DNA of 64,000 nt from a virus, in IMG/VR virus record IMGVR_UViG_3300044539_000111, positions 50,201-114,200 of that record. One strand, 5' to 3'. The translations under genes and the position numbers were made by a program. Below, piece by piece: positions 49,807 to 57,599 of the stretch (within the stretch, counting starts at the first letter, position 1; the number at the start of each line of letters is the position of its first letter). The notes under the pieces are model-generated. The model made no database searches. It worked only from the letters and a program-made list of their open reading frames with translations, and was not told the origin of the DNA.

Positions 49807-50796
49807 TTAATCATATATAACTTCAAGTGACATCATTCCTCCAGAACAATTTGCAAGATATGTAAGAGCAGGCATTTGACATCTAATTCTTCCATCCCCA
49901 TTGTTAAAGTAAGTTCCATACTGTAAAAAACAAGAATTTATTTGTACAGGTGGATTAGAATTAAACATTGCTACTAAAGCATCAATATCTGTTTGATTTG
50001 TTCCATAACAAGCTGCAAACTGGATTCCCATGCATTTATATATAATTGAGTTATATGTTGCACCATTTTCTAATATTTGACTGTAAACGCTATATGTTTT
50101 TTGTGGAGGAAGAGGTGTTGATCCACATCCACCATTTTGTAACCATTTTGTAAATGTTTGAGGATTTCCAATAAACACATTACAGTCGCAGCAATAAGAA
50201 ACAAATCCTTTTTGTATAATAGCTATAAAGACATCTGAAATTGTTTCTCCTTGAAATAAATCTTCTGGTGTATTAATAAGCAAATTGTAAATTTTACAAA
50301 GAAGTGTGTTATCATAACCATTAACTTCCACAACTCCTGTATCAAGTAATGTAAGCATATCTACAATAGTTGAAAACTGATTTAAACAACTTTCAAAATC
50401 ATTACTGCAACAAGCTGGTGGCACATCCCAATTTTCTAAATAATCTGGATAAATTTGAGCAGATGCTGCAACATTTATACAACATATTGGCGATGGTATT
50501 GATTTACCTAGTGTATTAAATATTTCCACTCCCCCTAAAAAATAAAATGGAGCATCCTTACAGTTTGGACAACAAATATTTGAAGCATCTGACAATACTA
50601 GCCCACCACCTATCAAAGAACCAAACCAATCTTGTACTGACAATGTTTCATCAAGCAGGGCTTGATTAATAGCCATGTTCCATGTATATGTAAAAGAATC
50701 CACACAACCGTTAACTATAGGAACAATTGGTTCTGGACAACATACAGGAGTCTTAATTATTATCGCATTATTCTGCGGAGTGCATTTCTTTTTCAT
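49807..50796 (-). CDS. Cys-rich structural protein (329 aa), paralog of 48962..49795
   Basis: Same conserved Cys blocks as the neighbour, plus an extra C-terminal domain. Confidence 0.65.
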   Translation of the reverse strand: MKKKCTPQNNAIIIKTPVCCPEPIVPIVNGCVDSFTYTWNMAINQALLDETLSVQDWFGSLIGGGLVLSDASNICCPNCKDAPFYFLGGVEIFNTLGKSIPSPICCINVAASAQIYPDYLENWDVPPACCSNDFESCLNQFSTIVDMLTLLDTGVVEVNGYDNTLLCKIYNLLINTPEDLFQGETISDVFIAIIQKGFVSYCCDCNVFIGNPQTFTKWLQNGGCGSTPLPPQKTYSVYSQILENGATYNSIIYKCMGIQFAACYGTNQTDIDALVAMFNSNPPVQINSCFLQYGTYFNNGDGRIRCQMPALTYLANCSGGMMSLEVIYD

Positions 50797-50797
50797 C

Positions 50798-51310
50798 TTA
50801 TCCGCCTATTAAAAGATTAACCTGTGCTTGCAATGCAGCAATTTGTTGTTGCATTTGAGCTAAAGCATTATTCTGTGTTTGAATCAATACTTGTTGATCA
50901 CAAAGTTTAGAACCAATAGCGGTTATGTATTCAGTCATTGACATAACTACGCCATACTGTTGTTGAAAACATGCAGCAACTGCCATTTCGCATTCAGGAC
51001 AACCAGTAGTTCCACCTGTTGTTACAGATGTTCCTGTATTTACTTTTGCAATAGTGTCAATAAGTAATTGAATAAGTTCAACAAAGTTTGCTGGTGGACA
51101 TTCTGTACTTATTAACTCTGATAAATCATAAGATTGAACATCAAGCATTTCAAAGATTTTGCAAATCCTTTTAGCTAATTCATTTATGACATCGCTAATT
51201 GTATCACCATGACACAAATTAATGCAACACAAATCTGGTCCTTGCCATACAACACAGTTACTTGTTGTTACAGCACATCCAGAACTTCTAGTATTTGTTG
51301 GCTTTCCCAT
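50798..51310 (-). CDS. Cys-rich fibre-base-like protein with C-terminal coiled coil (170 aa)
   Basis: 'SNCVVWQGPDLCCINLCHGDTISDVINELAKRIC' module and a Gln-rich heptad tail. Confidence 0.6.
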   Translation of the reverse strand: MGKPTNTRSSGCAVTTSNCVVWQGPDLCCINLCHGDTISDVINELAKRICKIFEMLDVQSYDLSELISTECPPANFVELIQLLIDTIAKVNTGTSVTTGGTTGCPECEMAVAACFQQQYGVVMSMTEYITAIGSKLCDQQVLIQTQNNALAQMQQQIAALQAQVNLLIGG

Positions 51311-51317
51311 AGCTAAT

Positions 51318-51327
51318 AATATACAAA
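51318..51327 (-). promoter_or_regulatory. Putative phage late promoter motif TTTGTATATT
   Basis: Intergenic, 7 nt upstream of ATG 51310, and identical to 37559-37568. Confidence 0.55.
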
Positions 51328-51349
51328 TTTTTAATTTAATTTCCTAATT

Positions 51350-52810
51350 TTAATTACAATCCACTCCTTCAGTAAACTGCACCTGCAGTAAATCTTGATT
51401 GTTTGCAAGAATGTAAATATCAGCGGATGTTTGCGCTGTTATACCACATACAAAAACTTCATAAGGTGTGCTAGCTGAATAGAACATAACAGTTCTAACA
51501 ACTCGGTTGCAATCTTTAAAATACAACCATCCTTCCACATTAATTGGAATAATGATTGAATACTTTTTACATGTACCTGGAAGTGGAGCAATTGGACAAC
51601 ACGCGTTTGGATCCTCTGCAATATCCATCTTTAAGATTTCATGTTCTATTGTTGATTGCATTAGATCTGTAGGACAACAGAATTGTATTCCATATCTTAA
51701 TGCTAATACTTTTTCATAGTTTGCATCTCCAAATGCACAAAAGATTTGTTCTGCATCAAAAGGTTCTGCGTTGTTTACTATAAAATCAGGGTAAATCATC
51801 TTGTGATTTGTAACTGGAGGAATTGTTACCGGTTTTGGTAAACATTCCTGGCATGTGCTCACGCACTCAGTTTCAATAAAAAAGTCCTGCCATAGTATTT
51901 CTTCCCATTCTTCAAAACATTCCGCCTCTGTTACGCGGTAACATCCGGTGATAACATTTGCATTGATGTCTTTAATAGTTGTTAAAACAACTTCTAAAAA
52001 GTCATCTGGATGATTGTTGTTACTTGTTAAACCTTGGAATACAAATACTCCAGGTAAACCATTTACAACTAATGCTTCTCCTGTTGAACAACAAGTTAAT
52101 TGGTATCTTTCTTCTGGATAATTTAAAGTAGGATCTATTGTTGGAACAACTGGTTCTATTGCCTTACAAATGTAAGATTGAAATCTATTACTTTGCCATG
52201 ATGTTATTACACCTTCTTCTGCTGGCACTAAATTTGTTGAATTAAGTGTGTCAATAATAGTTAATGCATCTCCTAAAACAGTTGATGAATACCATACTTG
52301 ATCATCTATTGAAAACCAAACAAATACAACAGGCTGTGTCCAAGTATTAAGAATCTCATAATAGTTATGTCCATCATACGTTCCAGTTGGTCCTACAAAA
52401 GAATAAATAGGTTGACCTAATGTAATATTACCAACTCCTAGCCATTGAAAAAATAATGAGTTACATGTTGTATTGCAATCACAACACATTGGTGTAGTAA
52501 CTAACCCTGTATAAATAGCATCAAACCAATTTTGTGTATTAGCTGGATCTGGTCCAGCTGGCGGGTTTGCTGATTTTAAAATAAAACAACCATTGGTTAC
52601 ATTGCCTGATGAATCTGTAAAACTAGTTATGATTTGAGGATCAATTACAAGATCCATTGGCTGAATATCAAAAAAAACTCCAGTGTATTTAATGTACACA
52701 GGTGTTCCTGCATAAGGATGTCCTGTAGGATACACATACACTTGATTGCTACAACAATCTATAATAGTATAATACTTATTATTTTTTGGAGTTTCTGAAT
52801 TTGTTGCCAT
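51350..52810 (-). CDS. Cys-rich structural protein (486 aa), possible tail hub component
   Basis: Two copies of a 'Y…CCS…GC…CxxC' module. Position in the tail/fibre block. The hub role is inferred from synteny only. Confidence 0.5.
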   Translation of the reverse strand: MATNSETPKNNKYYTIIDCCSNQVYVYPTGHPYAGTPVYIKYTGVFFDIQPMDLVIDPQIITSFTDSSGNVTNGCFILKSANPPAGPDPANTQNWFDAIYTGLVTTPMCCDCNTTCNSLFFQWLGVGNITLGQPIYSFVGPTGTYDGHNYYEILNTWTQPVVFVWFSIDDQVWYSSTVLGDALTIIDTLNSTNLVPAEEGVITSWQSNRFQSYICKAIEPVVPTIDPTLNYPEERYQLTCCSTGEALVVNGLPGVFVFQGLTSNNNHPDDFLEVVLTTIKDINANVITGCYRVTEAECFEEWEEILWQDFFIETECVSTCQECLPKPVTIPPVTNHKMIYPDFIVNNAEPFDAEQIFCAFGDANYEKVLALRYGIQFCCPTDLMQSTIEHEILKMDIAEDPNACCPIAPLPGTCKKYSIIIPINVEGWLYFKDCNRVVRTVMFYSASTPYEVFVCGITAQTSADIYILANNQDLLQVQFTEGVDCN

Positions 52811-52811
52811 T

Positions 52812-52952
52812 TTATTTCTTTATTTGACCTTCAGCAATTTGCTGATTGACCGTATTAACGCAAGCGGTACAACAAGATGTACCATTTGTTGCATTTACAA
52901 TGTATGTTCCTGTACAAGTACATACTCCACAATTTTGACAGTTCTGAGCCAT
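52812..52952 (-). CDS. Small Cys-rich protein (46 aa; not in ORF track)
   Basis: MAQNCQNCGVCTCTGTYIVNATNGTSCCTACVNTVNQQIAEGQIKK*, 7 Cys. Fills the gap between its neighbours with 1-nt spacers on both sides. Confidence 0.75.
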   Translation of the reverse strand: MAQNCQNCGVCTCTGTYIVNATNGTSCCTACVNTVNQQIAEGQIKK

Positions 52953-52953
52953 T

Positions 52954-53514
52954 TTAGCAAAGTTTACATGAATAATTATCTAATAATTTTTTGGCATAGT
53001 TATACAAAACCATTGCCTGATCATGGTCTAAACAGTATTCAGCTTTTGCTTGAGCCGCATCTATGTAACCAGTAATCTCCATCAAAGATATAAATTTATT
53101 CTTAGTTTCTGGAATTGGTTCACATGCACTCAATTTAAGTTTGCACCATTCCTCTTTCAGTTGTTTTCTTAAAGCTGTAACACGCAAATGATTGTATTCA
53201 ACATACATTTTATCATGCGGAGATAGGGCATACTTAATGACATAAATCCCATCAGGTAATGAATGGAACTCAGTTCCACAACATTCAGTTTGTATTTTTA
53301 AATCACAAGCAGTGAGATTAAGAATAAATCCTTTATAAATTGGTGGAAAAGTTGTGTCATTGAAAGTGATGCAATCTCTATATCCAGGTACTAATACTTG
53401 GACAGTAGGGCAAACATAAGGCATGAGTAAATCATACACACTTGTGTCTTCTATGCGAAGAACACAATCTGTCATAATGTTTGGAATATTTAAACTTAAT
53501 GAATTTGTTGCCAT
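52954..53514 (-). CDS. Structural protein (186 aa), possible tail hub protein
   Basis: 'LRIEDTSVY…LPDGIYVIKY…A..LYNYAKKLL'. Follows the auxiliary capsid gene, as hub genes do in crAss-like phages. Confidence 0.55.
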   Translation of the reverse strand: MATNSLSLNIPNIMTDCVLRIEDTSVYDLLMPYVCPTVQVLVPGYRDCITFNDTTFPPIYKGFILNLTACDLKIQTECCGTEFHSLPDGIYVIKYALSPHDKMYVEYNHLRVTALRKQLKEEWCKLKLSACEPIPETKNKFISLMEITGYIDAAQAKAEYCLDHDQAMVLYNYAKKLLDNYSCKLC

Positions 53515-53526
53515 AAGATTTCATTT

Positions 53527-53567
53527 AAAAAAAATGGAGAACAGAGAAAGACTCTATTCTCCATTTT
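53527..53567 (-). terminator. Rho-independent terminator after the auxiliary capsid gene
   Basis: AAAAUGGAGAAUAGAG-UCUUU-CUCUGUUCUCCAUUUU followed by further U residues. Confidence 0.85.
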
Positions 53568-53587
53568 AGGAAGATATAACTCCGGTC

Positions 53588-55180
53588 TTAAAGAACTGCT
53601 GGTGTATAAGCAGTATGACCAAAAGTATTCAATGTTACAACTCCACCAACTGCAGCTGCACCCAACCATGTTGCCATGAATGTTTCAAATGCTGTTGCTG
53701 TAGCAGCAGTAACATAGATGTTCAATGCATATTGATCATCATCATAAACACCACTAGGGTTATTATAACGAGGAACACTGTGCTGGATTACATAACGCGT
53801 GTACAACGCATTACGGTTAACCGCAGTAAAGTACTGATTTCCTTGAGTGATCTCACGGATACGAACATCATCAGAGAAATGATTTTGTAAGTATGACTCA
53901 TCAAGAATCACATCACGCAATACAGTTTCACCATATCCTTGTCCTGTAAATCCAGCATATTCTTTAGTAGCACAAAGTGCAGAGAAATCACATGGATCAC
54001 CAGTCAAATCTGTCAATGATAAGTTCATCTGAATGATTTCTTTTTCATAGAAATCATTATTTTGGAATGAACAGTTACCAAATTTAGTTTCAATGTAAGC
54101 TCCAATCAAACGAATACCAGCTAATGCGCCAGCAATGTATCCTGGAGATACATAAGTTGACCATACATTAGTTCCAGGGAAACCTGCAGCAATTGCTTCA
54201 GCAGCTGTAGCAAACAATGGAACACCTGTTTGAGTATAAACGATTGGACGAACAAAGTACTGCAACCATACATCAGTTACGATTTGGTTAGCCCAATTGA
54301 TCATTACCAATGTAGAATCTACATTTCCTGGTACAATTGTACCTGTTGGACAACAACCTGTATAAGCTGCAAAAGTTTTGTACAAGTCATGATTCAAGAA
54401 ACGCAATACGGGTGAACCCCATAAGTCAACACGAAGATTATAAGTTTCTCCACATACAAAGTTAAATTTGCATGGATTACTTCCTACTGCATTGTATTTA
54501 ATTGTTGCAACTGGAATTGAAGCAGCCGTACCCGGTGTAAATGGAATTGAAGCTGGTAATGTTAAAACATCACCTACTGTATATCCTTGACCAGGTTGTG
54601 TAATTGTAATTGACGCGATTGCACCACCTGCAGTTGTTACTACTGTAGCAAATGCACCTACACCTGCGCCACTATCTACAAGAGCAACATTAGTATAAGT
54701 TTGAGATGCAGCATAACCAGTACCTGGTACAAGAGCACCTAAAGTTGCAATTGAATCAGAATTCCAGTTTGTGTTTCCTAAATGCCAAATTGATTGCTCT
54801 GGAGCAGCACCTGTCATTTTAGAAAATTTGTGAACAAATCGCGGATTGATCATCTTTGATTTATTAGATTCTTTGTACCCTCCGTGGAAAGGTCCAATCT
54901 TATCATCAGTAAACAAAGATGCAGCAGCAAAAACCAATGGTTTTCCTGCAACTACTTCCGCAGATGCGTTGTTTACAGATACATAAGTGTTTGGATTAAA
55001 GAATCCATAAGTACCAACTCCTAATGAATTTGGTGCAACAGCGTTTGCTAAAGCTGATGTTGGTACACCTGCGTCTAACAAAAATCCGTTATTCACCGCA
55101 TTGGATGTACCAGGTACATTTGCTTGGGTTGCTTTTGTTCCGACAAATGATTTGCGGTAAGCATGATTAAAATAACTCAT
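53588..55180 (-). CDS. Auxiliary capsid / abundant structural protein (530 aa)
   Basis: Has its own promoter-like motif and a strong terminator. 'GQGYGETVLRD…Y…HSVPR' C-terminus. An inserted 'PGTGY…ITQPGQGYTVGDVLT' beta domain. Occupies the position of the crAss auxiliary capsid gene. Confidence 0.65.
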   Translation of the reverse strand: MSYFNHAYRKSFVGTKATQANVPGTSNAVNNGFLLDAGVPTSALANAVAPNSLGVGTYGFFNPNTYVSVNNASAEVVAGKPLVFAAASLFTDDKIGPFHGGYKESNKSKMINPRFVHKFSKMTGAAPEQSIWHLGNTNWNSDSIATLGALVPGTGYAASQTYTNVALVDSGAGVGAFATVVTTAGGAIASITITQPGQGYTVGDVLTLPASIPFTPGTAASIPVATIKYNAVGSNPCKFNFVCGETYNLRVDLWGSPVLRFLNHDLYKTFAAYTGCCPTGTIVPGNVDSTLVMINWANQIVTDVWLQYFVRPIVYTQTGVPLFATAAEAIAAGFPGTNVWSTYVSPGYIAGALAGIRLIGAYIETKFGNCSFQNNDFYEKEIIQMNLSLTDLTGDPCDFSALCATKEYAGFTGQGYGETVLRDVILDESYLQNHFSDDVRIREITQGNQYFTAVNRNALYTRYVIQHSVPRYNNPSGVYDDDQYALNIYVTAATATAFETFMATWLGAAAVGGVVTLNTFGHTAYTPAVL

Positions 55181-55212
55181 TTTTCTTTTTTTAGTTAATA
55201 AACAATATATTC

Positions 55213-55228
55213 AATATAGCAAAAATAA
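55213..55228 (-). promoter_or_regulatory. Promoter-like motif TATTTTTGCTATATT
   Basis: Intergenic, upstream of 55180. Contains both the TTTG-N-TATATT motif and a match to the Bacteroidota -7 element TAnnTTTG. Confidence 0.5.
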
Positions 55229-55254
55229 TCCAATTGTGCAACACTTAGTGCAAA

Positions 55255-55392
55255 TTATTTTTTAGTTTTTGCTTTTACTGAAGATTTTCCTTTTGTTGGC
55301 GTTTTACCAGCTTCTTTATCTTTTGCACTTTTGATCCATGGTGGAACCCATTTATCTTTAGCAGGTGCTGCTTTTTTCTTTGCTGTTGCCAT
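55255..55392 (-). CDS. Small Lys-rich protein (45 aa; not in ORF track)
   Basis: MATAKKKAAPAKDKWVPPWIKSAKDKEAGKTPTKGKSSVKAKTKK*. Starts 2 nt after the upstream stop. Confidence 0.75.
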   Translation of the reverse strand: MATAKKKAAPAKDKWVPPWIKSAKDKEAGKTPTKGKSSVKAKTKK

Positions 55393-55394
55393 GA

Positions 55395-55856
55395 TTATTT
55401 TAAAAATAAAAGTTTGTACTTTGTTGAACCTAGTAATCTTTTTACATTGTCTAGTTCATTGCTAATTTCTGAGAAACACATAATGTCTTGTAAAGCACAA
55501 ATCATGTCATAGATTTCTCTGATGTAAACAATACCTTCTTCTACAGAATTAAGACTTCTTGGACAACAGTCTGGAAGAACTAAAATTCTTTCAGCTGCTC
55601 CTTGGTATGCTTCTGTAATTGTATCTACTAGATCGGGTAATCCGTCATACAACCCACCCAATGCAGTATGCATAGCAAATGCACTAGGGCCTGATACTTT
55701 TAAATGAAGTTTATGAAATGAAATGGAAGCATTCATTAATTCACAAATACAAGCAGTTGTTTCTTCAACACAATGATTACCTGATGGCTTTGTGTAAGCA
55801 GGACTCGCTGCTGGTTGTGTTGGTCTTTTTAATAGACCTCTTTGTGGTGAGTTCAT
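55395..55856 (-). CDS. Ferritin/Dps-like four-helix protein (DUF5856-like)
   Basis: 'FHKLHLKVSGPSAFAMHTALGGLYDGLPDLVDTITEAYQG…EISNELDNVKRLLGSTKYKLLFL' matches the phage Dps-like pattern. Confidence 0.75.
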   Translation of the reverse strand: MNSPQRGLLKRPTQPAASPAYTKPSGNHCVEETTACICELMNASISFHKLHLKVSGPSAFAMHTALGGLYDGLPDLVDTITEAYQGAAERILVLPDCCPRSLNSVEEGIVYIREIYDMICALQDIMCFSEISNELDNVKRLLGSTKYKLLFLK

Positions 55857-55862
55857 TATATA

Positions 55863-56564
55863 TTAGTTATTAGTTTCTACTGAGTTATCTGCAATTTGAT
55901 TTGCAGTAACATCTTCAAGATCTCCTGCTAGAATTTTTACACATTCATCAATGAATAACTCAACAATATCATCTTTAAATTCACATTCAACATTTACAGT
56001 TGAAACAAGTCCCGTATATGGATCTGATGTTCCTGGAATTTGTATTCTCCTTGGTTGTCTGTAATAAGTTAAAACTGTGTTTTCTAATTCAAAATCATTG
56101 TTTGTGTAAACTTTAATTTTATTTCCTAGTACTGTAGCAAAAGTTTCAGCCCATTCAAAACTTGGTTTTTTATTATGATCCCTCAAAAGTTCATCTACGT
56201 TTGCTTCTTCTGCAAGATAAATTACCATTTGTCTTTTATCACAACAATCTTTTTTTGATTTGCTAGAAATTCTTTTCCACTCAAAATAGTCTGAAGGTAA
56301 AGTTGGAGATTGAAAGTACAAATCTTTTTTGACCATTGCTAACGGTTTGTCTGAAAGCAAAACTTGTAAATCATCAATACGTCTTTTACTAGCTTCATCA
56401 CCAGTCTTAGTCATATTAGTTCCCATCAAGTTTCTTCTGCACCAAGTTACTTGTGCTTTATTAAAAGCTTCAACAATTTGCCAAGGCATAATGTTGTCAT
56501 AGTCATTACTAGCCAATTTATTAATTCGCTGTTTGACTTTTATTTGTATGGTGTCATTTGTCAT
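55863..56564 (-). CDS. Ring / head-tail adaptor protein (233 aa)
   Basis: 'INKLASN…I.EAFNKAQ…RRIDDLQVLL…LPSDY…LTYYRQP…CEF…ECVKIL' is typical of crAss ring proteins downstream of the MCP. Confidence 0.7.
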   Translation of the reverse strand: MTNDTIQIKVKQRINKLASNDYDNIMPWQIVEAFNKAQVTWCRRNLMGTNMTKTGDEASKRRIDDLQVLLSDKPLAMVKKDLYFQSPTLPSDYFEWKRISSKSKKDCCDKRQMVIYLAEEANVDELLRDHNKKPSFEWAETFATVLGNKIKVYTNNDFELENTVLTYYRQPRRIQIPGTSDPYTGLVSTVNVECEFKDDIVELFIDECVKILAGDLEDVTANQIADNSVETNN

Positions 56565-56728
56565 TTCCCTTTAACTTTTTTAAGGTTTGGATTTTTACGT
56601 TTTGCAGCAGGAGAAGCTTTTCTTGCAGCAGATGCCAAAATAGCACCGGCTGCTTCCATAGAAACACCTTGCTTTTTTGCTATACCTTTTTGAGCTGCTT
56701 TAAAACCCATTCCTTTCTTTATTGCCAT
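56561..56728 (-). CDS. Small Lys/Ala-rich protein (55 aa; not in ORF track)
   Basis: MAIKKGMGFKAAQKGIAKKQGVSMEAAGAILASAARKASPAAKRKNPNLKKVKGK*. ATGA overlap with the ring gene. Confidence 0.8.
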   Translation of the reverse strand: MAIKKGMGFKAAQKGIAKKQGVSMEAAGAILASAARKASPAAKRKNPNLKKVKGK

Positions 56729-56739
56729 GATCTATTGTA

Positions 56740-57012
56740 TTAACAATTCCACTTCCTTAATGCAAGAGTTTTTCTTGTAGGTTCTCCATTTGGTTTTTTA
56801 GCAGGTCCAGGCATTCCGGACATTCTAGCACAAAAACTTTTTCTTCTTTTAGCATCTTTACTTCCAGCTTTAAGCTTAGAAGGTTTAGTAGTAACTGCGG
56901 TTTGTAATTTACTTCCTGGATTAGCTCTTCTATAAGAAGCAACTCCTTTAGCATTTAATCCACCTGTCTTATTTTTTCCTTCTGATCTTGTCCATGCTGC
57001 AGTCTTTGCCAT
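56740..57012 (-). CDS. Basic phage protein (90 aa), DUF6321-like
   Basis: 'GGLNAKG…SY…NPGSKL…RRKSFCARMSGM…LRKWNC' is a widespread aquatic-phage family, recognised from memory. TGATG overlap with the upstream gene. Confidence 0.75.
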   Translation of the reverse strand: MAKTAAWTRSEGKNKTGGLNAKGVASYRRANPGSKLQTAVTTKPSKLKAGSKDAKRRKSFCARMSGMPGPAKKPNGEPTRKTLALRKWNC

Positions 57013-57182
57013 CAGTCTTCACTTTTTAATAATTCCATAACTTTCAAAAACCCGGCTTCATAAGCTTCTTTTACTTCTTCATATCTTTCATATTTAGAAA
57101 TATCATCACCTTTTTCCATTTTATGTTTTGAGGTAGCATATTCATCTGCTAGTCCCCAATAATTAACTGCTGTCTTTGCCAT
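57012..57182 (-). CDS. Small hypothetical protein (56 aa; not in ORF track)
   Basis: MAKTAVNYWGLADEYATSKHKMEKGDDISKYERYEEVKEAYEAGFLKVMELLKSED*. Tightly coupled to neighbours on both sides. Confidence 0.7.
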   Translation of the reverse strand: MAKTAVNYWGLADEYATSKHKMEKGDDISKYERYEEVKEAYEAGFLKVMELLKSED

Positions 57183-57184
57183 TA

Positions 57185-57304
57185 CTATTTCTTTTTAGCA
57201 ATTGGTTTTTTCATATTGCGACCAATCATCATTCCTGCCTGAAAAGATTTTTTAACCTTTTCACCACACTCTGATTTTTCTTTTTTAATTTTTTTTGCAG
57301 CCAT
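57185..57304 (-). CDS. Small Lys-rich protein (39 aa; not in ORF track)
   Basis: MAAKKIKKEKSECGEKVKKSFQAGMMIGRNMKKPIAKKK*, with 2-nt spacers to both neighbours. Confidence 0.7.
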   Translation of the reverse strand: MAAKKIKKEKSECGEKVKKSFQAGMMIGRNMKKPIAKKK

Positions 57305-57306
57305 AA

Positions 57307-57456
57307 CTATTTCTTTTTTACAGTCTTTGCAGACTTAATAAAACTTGCTTTAGTTGGAGCACCTTTAGTTCCGGGTTTTCTCATTGACTCCCCGGAACCT
57401 GATGCTATTCTTTTTCTTTTAGCATGAATGTTTGAATATAAACCTTGTTTTGCCAT
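57307..57456 (-). CDS. Small Lys/Arg-rich protein (49 aa; not in ORF track)
   Basis: MAKQGLYSNIHAKRKRIASGSGESMRKPGTKGAPTKASFIKSAKTVKKK*. TAATG overlap. Resembles a small basic protein family common in aquatic phages. Confidence 0.8.
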   Translation of the reverse strand: MAKQGLYSNIHAKRKRIASGSGESMRKPGTKGAPTKASFIKSAKTVKKK

Positions 57457-57581
57457 TAACAAGATTTTTTACCCATTTTACCACCCATTGCTTTCTTAGG
57501 TGTAACTTTACCACCCATTGCTTTTTTCGGTGCACTCCCTCCACATTTCATTTTAGGAGTTGCTTTTTTCATTGTTGCCAT
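57456..57581 (-). CDS. Small Lys-rich peptide with repeated xxGG motifs (41 aa; not in ORF track)
   Basis: MATMKKATPKMKCGGSAPKKAMGGKVTPKKAMGGKMGKKSC*. An 18-nt direct repeat encodes the repeated KAMGGK. Confidence 0.75.
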   Translation of the reverse strand: MATMKKATPKMKCGGSAPKKAMGGKVTPKKAMGGKMGKKSC

Positions 57582-57599
57582 TGTATTTCAGTTTAAAAG

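Noticed and set aside
57477-57524. 18-nt direct repeat that could suggest a mini CRISPR array or att site
   Set aside because: There are only two copies, at a 30-nt period, and they encode the repeated KAMGGK peptide in frame.
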